Positions 9,267 to 17,500 of a DNA stretch of 29,931 nt are shown one piece after another. Origin of the DNA: a virus (lineage: Duplodnaviria > Caudoviricetes); the IMG/VR virus record IMGVR_UViG_3300033446_000004, positions 1 to 29,931 of that record. One strand, given 5' to 3'. Every line of letters starts with the position of its first letter. Position 1 is the first letter of the stretch. The notes below the pieces were generated by a model, which was not told where the DNA came from, made no database searches, and was given only the letters and a program-made list of their open reading frames with translations. The translations under genes and the position numbers were made by a program.

Positions 9267-9406
9267 CGCTAACATATTATTGAGCGTTCAGTGCGGCTTT
9301 CTGAACTTTGATACTTTTGTGCCATTTATTGGCTTCGGTACGTTTCGATACTTTTGTGCTTTTTAGATACGAAAGCCGCACCGCCGCCAATAATTGTTCG
9401 TTAGGC
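9267..9406. repeat. attC-like site A (140 bp)
   Basis: CGCTAAC-AT-ATTATTG-A-GCG-TTCA-GTGCGGCTTTC...GAAAGCCGCAC-CGC-CGC-CAATAAT-TGTTC-GTTAGGC. Confidence 0.85.
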
Positions 9407-9853
9407 TCAATTTAGAACCCGTCCTAATTTGATAATGAAAACAGGATAGTTTGGTGCACCCAAGTTGTACATTCCTACTCCTATTTCAATACTTTTGCAT
9501 TCAACCCAAATAATAGGAGAGTTTTTACTGTAACCATTACGGAATTGAATGAAATCATAGTGAATTGGATAACGGTTTAAATCTCTTTTTACTTTTTCGA
9601 TATTTTCAGGATTTAAAATATTAAAAGGTTTTTCATTCATCGAATACTTTATAAACTTTTTAACATAAAAAAGTTTAATTTCTCTGTACTCTTCGTCTTT
9701 TTCTCCCGATTTTATCATTTCGAACCAATCTTTTTTAATAGGAAGAATTAATCTTTGAGATTTTGAAATTGTTCTTTGTATCGCACCGTCATCGGTTTTT
9801 TCCCAAAAAGCTGTTATTTTGTCTAATGGACTTTTAAAAGTTACTTTTTTCAT
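9407..9853 (-). CDS. Cassette 2: ASCH/PUA-like domain protein
   Basis: LPIKKDWFEMIKSGEKDEEYREIK...FRNGY matches the ASCH GxKxxExR motif; TGA abuts GCCTAAC. Confidence 0.8.
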   Translation of the reverse strand: MKKVTFKSPLDKITAFWEKTDDGAIQRTISKSQRLILPIKKDWFEMIKSGEKDEEYREIKLFYVKKFIKYSMNEKPFNILNPENIEKVKRDLNRYPIHYDFIQFRNGYSKNSPIIWVECKSIEIGVGMYNLGAPNYPVFIIKLGRVLN

Positions 9854-9891
9854 TTGTATTTGTATTAAACGATTAATAATAAGATTAATGA

Positions 9892-9986
9892 GCCTAACGT
9901 TAGCTTGAACGTCAGCGGGCTGATAATTTGTTGGAAATTGACTACGGCAAAAGTATGCCCGCCGTAGTCAAGCCCTGATGTTATAA
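9892..9986. repeat. attC-like site B (95 bp, divergent)
   Basis: GCCTAAC...GCTTGA-ACG-TCA-GCGGGC...GCCCGC-CGT-AG-TCAAGC...GTTATAA. Confidence 0.75.
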
Positions 9987-10325
9987 GCAACCTGAAATTA
10001 GATTATCAAAATATAAAATTTCTAATTTCCATTTTTCGATAACGCCAATTAATGCAGATTGATTAGATTTACAAAAATTGATATTCCAATTAAGCCGACT
10101 AATCCAACTTTTAAAAATATCTATTTTCAAACTTTTTTGAATACTTGCTATTTGATAATTCCATACATCAAAAATCCAATTTCCGCCCGCTGGTCTTACT
10201 TCTACTTCTTCACCTGTTATGTAAACAGGATAACCAAAAAAACCTTTAATTTCAGTATCATAATAATCACATAACCAATATTGATTTTCGTAAAATATGA
10301 TAGTTCCCTTTTTATCTTCCGCCAT
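9981..10325 (-). CDS. Cassette 3 hypothetical protein
   Basis: 114 aa; stop inside GCTTATAAC. Confidence 0.75.
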   Translation of the reverse strand: MAEDKKGTIIFYENQYWLCDYYDTEIKGFFGYPVYITGEEVEVRPAGGNWIFDVWNYQIASIQKSLKIDIFKSWISRLNWNINFCKSNQSALIGVIEKWKLEILYFDNLISGCL

Positions 10326-10346
10326 AACTAAATGATTTAAAAACGC

Positions 10347-10475
10347 TTATAACATATAACAGACCGATAATTTTTTGGGGTGCAATAACTAAGCATTTGG
10401 TTTATAATTAGAACTTTATTTTTTAAATTAAACATTTGACAGCCAAAAAACTACGGCTGTTATTGTTCGTTATAA
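10347..10475. repeat. attC-like site C (129 bp)
   Basis: TTATAAC-AT-ATAACAG-A-CCG...TTTTTTGG...CCAAAAAA...CGG-CTGTTAT-TGTTC-GTTATAA. Confidence 0.8.
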
Positions 10476-10483
10476 ACAATAAA

Positions 10484-11098
10484 TCACGACAAATAAGGAT
10501 ATAATTTATAGAGATTTATTGAATTTGGATTAGCCCAAATTTTTAGAAAAATATTACTTGAAAGCAATGTATGTAAATTAGTTATATTCCTTACATACTC
10601 AAATTTTGATAGTTTTTTTCTACATAATTCTTTTGTGATTTTTTCAGTAGCTTTTAAGGTTTCAGGTAAAACAACTTCGTGATTAACCGGACTATTAAAG
10701 ACAATATCAAATATTTGAGAATATGTATAATCAGTATTACCTGCGCCAGATGTAGCAATTCTGTAAATTTCATTGCCTTCGTTGTCTTTTTGGTCTAATA
10801 TTTTCCACATTTTATCAATATCGGAATAATATTTTGCCTGTTTTTTATTCAGTAAAAAGTATTCAATATCTTCTAAAATGTTGTCAAAAAATACGTCTAA
10901 TAATCTGAAAACGATAAAGTGTTTTTCGTTTTCATCAAGTCGATAAAACCTGAAATATCTTTCAAAAACAGTTGGTAATGAAAAACTTTTATTGTAAAAG
11001 CAAACTATTGATAGATATTCAGTTCTATTTTCAATGATTAAAGGCTTCATATCTTGCAACAAAGCATATTCTTTCATTTTTTCGATTAAATTTCCCAT
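10484..11098 (-). CDS. Cassette 4 hypothetical protein
   Basis: Start revised to ATG 11098 (204 aa); the longer track start lies inside site D. Confidence 0.75.
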   Translation of the reverse strand: MGNLIEKMKEYALLQDMKPLIIENRTEYLSIVCFYNKSFSLPTVFERYFRFYRLDENEKHFIVFRLLDVFFDNILEDIEYFLLNKKQAKYYSDIDKMWKILDQKDNEGNEIYRIATSGAGNTDYTYSQIFDIVFNSPVNHEVVLPETLKATEKITKELCRKKLSKFEYVRNITNLHTLLSSNIFLKIWANPNSINLYKLYPYLS

Positions 11099-11118
11099 GA
11101 TACGATTAAATAAAGTGT

Positions 11119-11256
11119 TTATAATATGCAATTTAGCGTTCAGTGGGCTTTCCTGAACTTGAAACATTGTACGTACTTAAAAACTTTGTACGTTATTGAT
11201 CCTTAGTAGCTTTTTGCGACAGAAAGCCCACCGCCGCAAATTGCTATTCGTTATAA
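11119..11256. repeat. attC-like site D (138 bp; left core TAAT instead of TAAC)
   Basis: TTATAAT-AT-GCAATTT-A-GCG-TTCA-GTGGGCTTTC...GAAAGCCCAC-CGC-CGC-AAATTGC-TATTC-GTTATAA. Confidence 0.85.
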
Positions 11257-11262
11257 ACAATA

Positions 11263-11727
11263 CTATTCAACTTCAATAAGATTGAATTGATATAATTCGC
11301 TAATTTCATTAATAGTATCGTCATCTATTTCTCTTAATTTTTCTCTAAATTCTTCCAGTTCGTCTACGTCTATTTCAATTTCAACAATTTCATAAAACTG
11401 ACGCATATAATCGTCTGTATATGTTGAAGTGTCGTATTCTTGCAATTCTTCATCTGTTAATTTAATTGCATCTTTCGGCTTTAACCCAAAACATTCTGCA
11501 ATTTCATTAAAACTATCCGGTTCTAATTTTCTAATATCAGATAAATCGGCACTTACAGCAAAAGGGCAATTCCATGAGTAACATTTAAAAGCATCATCTT
11601 TATCGCCAAAAATACAACCATAACCGCCATTCAAATAAGTTCCACCGACAAAACATTTTCCACATTTGACATCGTTTAATGGAATTATTTTCTCTGATTT
11701 TTTAACTTTTATATTAATTTCTTTCAT
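11263..11727 (-). CDS. Cassette 5: Cys-containing acidic hypothetical protein
   Basis: 154 aa; CGKC...C...C...CP cluster and acidic C-terminus. Confidence 0.75.
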   Translation of the reverse strand: MKEINIKVKKSEKIIPLNDVKCGKCFVGGTYLNGGYGCIFGDKDDAFKCYSWNCPFAVSADLSDIRKLEPDSFNEIAECFGLKPKDAIKLTDEELQEYDTSTYTDDYMRQFYEIVEIEIDVDELEEFREKLREIDDDTINEISELYQFNLIEVE

Positions 11728-11758
11728 AACTAAATGATTAAAAAATGTTTATAAAAAA

Positions 11759-12532
11759 TTAAAATCTTAAACTTAATTTTTCAGTTCTGCGTCGATTATA
11801 AATATCTTCTATTAATAATCTATATTGTGAAACATTATTGCAGTGTTGAAGCATAGTTGGAGCGTTTTTTAATTTTGTTAAAAATTCAGCAAATACAAAC
11901 CCTTCAATTTTCAAACAACCAATCATTGCACGAATAAAAGTAGGTCTATTAAAACCTTTGTAGTAAGGTTTTATCATCATCAATTTGTCGGCAACTTCAC
12001 ACGATTTATCAAAATTCGGCATTTTAAAATCACCACGAGAGAAAGTATTAATTTTAACCTTTACACCTTCCAGTGTTTTTTCTGTATAACCAAAATTCAT
12101 ATATTCAGTTGCCATTATAATACTTGCAGAAATTCCAAAATCTTTAAACTTTCGCATGAAGTTTCTAAATTTAATATATTCAGGCATTTTCATATCACAA
12201 TAAGCATCTAAATAATCTTCTTGTTTCCAATTTGCGGAATTTGTGTTTAAAATTTGAACTTCTTTTAATCCGTAGCCTTCAATAATTAGATAATAAATAG
12301 GCAATTGCAATTCCATTGCAGCTTTATATCTATGCTGCCCGTCGATAATCTGCAATTTTTCATTAACTAAAATTGGCGAAATAAGATAATTAACTTTCAT
12401 ACTTTCCTTTAAGCGTTTTATGTGCGCTTCATTGGGGGTTCTGTTTCCGTTCAAAAAATTGAACATTGCATAATTTGTTGTTTCTTGCACTTGTCTTGTT
12501 TTTAAAACAGTGGTGCTGATTTGATTTGTCAT
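11759..12532 (-). CDS. Cassette 6: ParB/Srx-like N-terminal domain protein
   Basis: GNR...HIKRLKESM...PILVN...IIDGQHRYKAA motif. Confidence 0.85.
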   Translation of the reverse strand: MTNQISTTVLKTRQVQETTNYAMFNFLNGNRTPNEAHIKRLKESMKVNYLISPILVNEKLQIIDGQHRYKAAMELQLPIYYLIIEGYGLKEVQILNTNSANWKQEDYLDAYCDMKMPEYIKFRNFMRKFKDFGISASIIMATEYMNFGYTEKTLEGVKVKINTFSRGDFKMPNFDKSCEVADKLMMIKPYYKGFNRPTFIRAMIGCLKIEGFVFAEFLTKLKNAPTMLQHCNNVSQYRLLIEDIYNRRRTEKLSLRF

Positions 12533-12592
12533 TTTACTTCGATTTTAAATTTAACACTATGATAATTAATAATTAACAATTGATAAAAATGC

Positions 12593-12731
12593 CACACACA
12601 TCAGGTAGAGCGTTCAGCATGGCATCTCTATTTTGATACTTTTGTACTATTAAAGAACTTTGTACGTGGTTGATACATTTGTGTTATTTACAGGCAGTTG
12701 CCACGCCGCCGCCTACCTGTGTTCGTTAGGG
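12593..12731. repeat. attC-like site F (139 bp; degenerate left core)
   Basis: CACACAC-AT-CAGGTAG-A-GCG-TTCA-GCATGGCA...TGCCACGC-CGC-CGC-CTACCTG-TGTTC-GTTAGGG. Confidence 0.85.
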
Positions 12732-13079
12732 CTTATTGATAAAATCTAAATACTCTTGTTCAGTTGCCGGAACAAATAGCTTCAAATCATAATGACTACC
12801 AAACATTGTTTCATTCGTATTTGCTTGCAAATATTCACGACCTTTCCAACTTATTAATTCCCATTCAGGTTTTACGACTTGCATTTCTGATTTTATATAA
12901 ATTGGCATATCTGAAATGCTTCTACTATCCCACCAATTTAATTTTTTAAATAAATGTGGATATTTTTCAAATTCAAAATCTATCTCATTTTCTAAAAAAA
13001 TAGTCCCTATTTTTGTTCTATTTAGTGGAAAATCCGCGATAATTTGAAAACGTGGGTTTAATAATTCTTCTATACTCAT
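12726..13079 (-). CDS. Cassette 7 hypothetical phage protein
   Basis: 117 aa; stop inside AAGCCCTAAC. Confidence 0.8.
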   Translation of the reverse strand: MSIEELLNPRFQIIADFPLNRTKIGTIFLENEIDFEFEKYPHLFKKLNWWDSRSISDMPIYIKSEMQVVKPEWELISWKGREYLQANTNETMFGSHYDLKLFVPATEQEYLDFINKP

Positions 13080-13122
13080 AATTTTAATGTAAAATGTGAT
13101 AATTAAACGATTGAAAACAAAG

Positions 13123-13154
13123 CCCTAACATACAATATAACGGTCAGTCAGGGC
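13123..13154. repeat. Half attC-like site G (left arm only)
   Basis: CCCTAAC-AT-ACAATAT-A-ACG-GTCA-GTCAGGGC fits the left-arm pattern; no complementary arm follows. Confidence 0.7.
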
Positions 13155-13155
13155 A

Positions 13156-13203
13156 TTAGCTTTGTTGATTCCCTTCTGTTAGTTTTAATTCAGATGCTTT
13201 CAT
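13156..13203 (-). pseudogene. 15-aa gene remnant MKASELKLTEGNQQS running into half-site G
   Basis: AT-rich leader similar to that at 13744-13766; ORF ends within attC-loop-like sequence. Confidence 0.4.
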
Positions 13204-13231
13204 CTTTTGTAAATTTTTTAAGTTTAATTAT

Positions 13232-13417
13232 TTAATTATTTTGTAACCATTCTATACATTCATCAAAATCGAAAAACTCTTCTATCCAAGCATCTCCCGA
13301 TGAATTATCGCATGCTATAAAATTATCTTCATCTTTGCACCAAAACAATCCTTTTGGCTTTCCTTCTTCGATAATCTCATAAATTTCTTCATTTGTTATT
13401 TCTTTAATTTCTGTCAT
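13232..13417 (-). CDS. Small acidic hypothetical phage protein
   Basis: 61 aa; ATGA overlap with the upstream gene. Confidence 0.75.
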   Translation of the reverse strand: MTEIKEITNEEIYEIIEEGKPKGLFWCKDEDNFIACDNSSGDAWIEEFFDFDECIEWLQNN

Positions 13418-13743
13418 TTTTTAAGTTTATTTTTTATAACTTTATTGTCAACTAAAATTAAATGAGAATTAGGATAACTAACCAATGCACTTGTATTATC
13501 AGGCGAATAATTATTTGCCACATAAATAGCAGCAATTAATCTCTCATCAATCGGAGTAGTATAAGTACTTGTGCCGTCATTATTTTTACGCGGTGGCATT
13601 TCGCTAACTATTTTAGCTGCTTGACAAATTTCAAGCAAGCTATATTCTAATTTTTTAGGAACTTTATTAAACATTCCTAAAACGGAATAACTTACATGTT
13701 CCCATATTAAATCATGTATTTCTATTGCTTTTTTCTCTTGCAT
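13414..13743 (-). CDS. Hypothetical protein
   Basis: Start revised to ATG 13743 (MQEKKAI, 109 aa). Confidence 0.7.
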   Translation of the reverse strand: MQEKKAIEIHDLIWEHVSYSVLGMFNKVPKKLEYSLLEICQAAKIVSEMPPRKNNDGTSTYTTPIDERLIAAIYVANNYSPDNTSALVSYPNSHLILVDNKVIKNKLKK

Positions 13744-13771
13744 TTTCTTGTAATTTTTTAAGTTTAAAAAT

Positions 13772-14005
13772 TTAATTAATTTCTTCAAATTGACAAATGT
13801 CAATTTCTTCATCTTCAATTATATATTCAACATCAAAATCTGTAACCTTTACAATAGCATTTGATCGAATAAATTCTTTTCTTTCTTTTATAGACATGGC
13901 TTTAAATTTTTCAAATTCTGTATCGAAAAGTTCAAGTGAAACCTCTATTTCTCCTATATCACTTCTTTGAATATAAGGTAGAAATTCTAATCTGTATTTT
14001 TTCAT
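13772..14005 (-). CDS. Hypothetical protein
   Basis: 77 aa; TAATG coupling with the upstream gene. Confidence 0.7.
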   Translation of the reverse strand: MKKYRLEFLPYIQRSDIGEIEVSLELFDTEFEKFKAMSIKERKEFIRSNAIVKVTDFDVEYIIEDEEIDICQFEEIN

Positions 14006-14235
14006 TAATCTTTCCTCCTTTTAAATCCGGTTAAATCTGCTTTTCTTATTTTTGTAAAATCATGGTTAAATTCCAGTCCTTCTAATATTGGATATTGATA
14101 ATTCATCAATTCTTCTATATAAATTGCTTGATCTTCTGTAAGCGTTTTTTCGCCTTTCGGAAACCAAGTATCTAAAGCTAATATGTTCGTTAACCAATCA
14201 AACATTTTATCAAGTTTTTCCTCTTCGTATTTCAT
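14005..14235 (-). CDS. Hypothetical protein
   Basis: 76 aa; AT-rich leader. Confidence 0.7.
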   Translation of the reverse strand: MKYEEEKLDKMFDWLTNILALDTWFPKGEKTLTEDQAIYIEELMNYQYPILEGLEFNHDFTKIRKADLTGFKRRKD

Positions 14236-14276
14236 ATTTTTTAAATAAAAAAAATAATTTCAGAATACCCTTTTCA

Positions 14277-14446
14277 CAGTTCCGCAGTTCCGCAGTTCCG
14301 CAGAAAAAGTTAAAAGTTCCGCACCGTTCCGCAAAATATATTGCGTTTCCGCAATAGAGTAAAATACATAAATACATAATAATCAAATAAATAAATAATA
14401 ATAATAATATAAAATATAGCTTGCGGAACTGCGGAACTAGCGGAAC
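14277..14446. repeat. Iteron cluster, putative replication origin
   Basis: GTTCCGCA at 14279, 14287, 14295, 14316, 14326 (plus TTTCCGCA 14346); ~68 bp AT-rich spacer; inverted GCGGAAC copies at 14423, 14431, 14440. Confidence 0.75.
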
Positions 14447-14557
14447 GATTTTTTCCTAAAATATTTTTATTTTTTTTGTTCTTTTGCATATTCCGTAAAT
14501 GCTTAAATATTAAATACATAATAAAATTTTAAAATTTGATGATTTTTGTAAAAATGG

Positions 14558-17500
14558 TTAAAAAGGCATTTCCTCGCTTTTTTTATCATATTGCGTTTCC
14601 GCAGGAAGCAAATCAATGTTTAAATCTTTGTAATTGAATGCCATACACGAAGTTCTCTTAGTTTCTTCAACTGATTTTTCTCTTAAATTGCTCTTTTCTT
14701 CAAACTTTCCAGTTATTGGGTCCTGCTCATTTGATGAATCATCAACAATTAATTTTGAAAACCAACGAAAAGTTATGTCATCAGCTTCGCCGTAATATGC
14801 GGAATGATTTTTAAGATAACTTCTCAAATTATTATATTTCAAAGCCTCTTGTTTTTGAACATCTTTATAATAATTAAAAATATCTTTTAATCTTATAAAT
14901 AGAACTAGTCCATCGGTTGTAGCCGAAATAGTTTCCCCATTTACATTTTTAACTTTCAAAGAACTATCGCAACGTGTAACGATATATTCACGACCATAAA
15001 CAAGTTTTTTCATATTTGTTAGATGTGACAGCACGTCAAAGAAATTTGAAACTCTATTTGTTGCCGTTACAAGTTCACTCATATTTATTATTTTCTTCAA
15101 AATAATATCTTTCAAAAATTTGTAATCGAACGGAAATTGAAGTTCAGGCGAAGCCTCCATAAAAGTTTTAGCAGTTGCCAAAAATTCAGAACCTGTGTTT
15201 AAAATACGAGTAACATAAGGCTTTTTATCCAATTCGGCTTTTAACTCAAGTTTTATTGATTTTTCGTTTTTTGCAAAATGAGAATCAAAAAATATTCGTT
15301 TAGATAAAATTTTGCATAAAACTTCTGAAAGTCCAGCATTTTCAAAAGTTTTCAATTTTTGAAATTTTGCATCTTCCTCTTCTGTAAAATTCTTTTTGGA
15401 GATAGTAACATGTAAAGATCTATTTAATAGAGCTTGGTCATCTCTTTCCGGCATTTCCTGCCCTAAAAGGCCTAAAGTTGTTAGAACTTGATATACTTTC
15501 CTTTCATTTATATTTGTTGCAGAAATTTTTTGTTTCCCGACTCCATCATACGCAGCTTTAGCTCCTTGAAATTTCGTATCAGTAACTTGAACATCATTAT
15601 ATTCTTCGCATACAAGAGGGAAATTTGATGCAAATTCTATAGCATTGAAAAATGCAGCATCCGAGCCTGATAGTAAATTGAATACAGGAAATTTATATGC
15701 AAACATATTCATTATGCTTTCTGCTACTTGACTTTTACCTGCATTGGTTTCTCCTGACATAAACAATAGCGGGCAATGCCCTAATTTTTGCATCAATATG
15801 TCCCGAAAGCATGTGATAATACAAAATATAAAAGCATAAATTCCAGAATTATCAATTTGATAAACTTCGTATATCAAATTTAAATATTCATTAAATTGAG
15901 CTTTTGAATATGATAAAATTGGAATTGGAGAATTTTTTCTATCAAATACAAAAAATTCTTTTGGATCGTCTTTTTTTTCTTCAACTTCATCTTTTTCTGT
16001 TTTTCTGTCGTTGAAAACAGAAAATACTTTACAATAAAAAACATTATCTCTAAATTTAGCAAATCCAAATTTATCAAAAGAGATTATTCTTTTTTCTGTA
16101 TAATCAAATATCCCATCAGATGCCGAATAAAAGCCCATTTGGTTATGACCAAGAGAAGTTAGTTCTGTAATTTTCGGAACATTTCTTGAAGCCTCGGAAA
16201 GTATTTTTTCATAAGCCCACGAAGCTCTTTTTTGAAAAAAATAATCACCTATATTGTATATTGCATCAGAAAATTTTTCATAACCTCTTAAATTACTGGA
16301 TAAAATTTCAAGATAATTCTCTTCGCCCATTTCATGTGTCATTTTCAAAAGCCTTTTATTCATTAAGCTTTCTTTATGATATACATGCCCGAGCATAAGA
16401 AAATGAAAATTGCTCGCTTTTATTAAATTCTCGTTTTTATCTTTTACTAAAAAATATACATGTTGTTTTTTATTATTTTGAACTGCAAAAAAACCAGTTC
16501 GAACAAATTCACTTTTATCTACATATTTTGGCAGGTTTTGTGGGTCGAAACTTTCCGCAATCGGAATATCAATATGTTTTGTTATTTCTGTATTATATTC
16601 ACGAATCCTGTCCTTTTCATATTTTCGTAAAGTTTTGCGAAAATCAGCGGAAGTGATTTTTACTTTCTTCTCTTTAAGTTGTTCCTGAATGAAATTTTGT
16701 TTTATTCCTCTTAAAGTTTCCGGAATGTAACTTAGTGTTTCTGCTAAGTTTTCGATTATCTCAGCAAGATAATCGTCGTCATTCCCAAAAATATGATCAA
16801 TTAAACATTTTAAATACCAATTTGTAAATGTAGTATCCTTTTGATCTTCATCAGAAGAAACAAAAACGGGCTGATCAAAGTCAATTGGCACGCTGATATT
16901 AAATCCGTTTTTTAGCAAAAGTTTTAAATCTTGAACATATTTTGGCTCATATTTATCATATCTATTCCAGTCAAGTTTACTTTCAACTATAACATTTGAG
17001 GTACATCTTTTCAGGTCTAAAATGTGTTTTTCGGTAATGATATGACCGTTTAACCCAATATATGACATATCCCCGTTTAAGTGATTTGTTATAACTTTTT
17101 CAATATCAGTTAAAACATGGACTTTATCTACTTTTTTAATTATTTCTTTCGCTTCTTCAAAACAAACAAACCCATGAAGTTTTTCTTCTATAAATTTTGC
17201 CTTTATACTTATTTCTTTTAGCTTGAACCGCTCTTCGAGACGTTTTATGTATTCATTTCTCAGAACTTCATCAGGAATAAACGATAAACTTTCTTTGATA
17301 GAATTAACTATTTCAGTGAATTTTTCAAGATTTTCACGGTCAACTTCGGCAATGTTACATTTGTAATCAAACCAACTATGTGTATTTTCGAGCAAATAAG
17401 CATTTATCTGTTGCAAACTCATAGGTTTGAAAAGGGTGTCAGGGTCTTCACTTTCGGGAAGCGTAACAACTTTAACATTCATTAATTTTGATAAACAAAT

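Larger units (their letters stand above)
8799..13154. mobile_element. Integron-like gene cassette array: 7 units, 5 full-length and 2 half attC-like sites, no integron integrase
   Basis: Single ORFs alternate with imperfect palindromes bounded by TAAC...GTTA cores; matching inverted cores at unit ends. Confidence 0.85.

Noticed and set aside
9267-12731. CRISPR array, or simple terminators/REP elements, as the explanation for the intergenic repeats
   Set aside because: Units are 95-140 bp, divergent and separated by whole genes; there are no cas genes or T tails, and terminators would not explain the inverted cores matching across each gene.
14310-14519. 69-aa ORF over the iteron region
   Set aside because: Low-complexity translation of the repeats and AT-rich spacer; better explained as non-coding origin.
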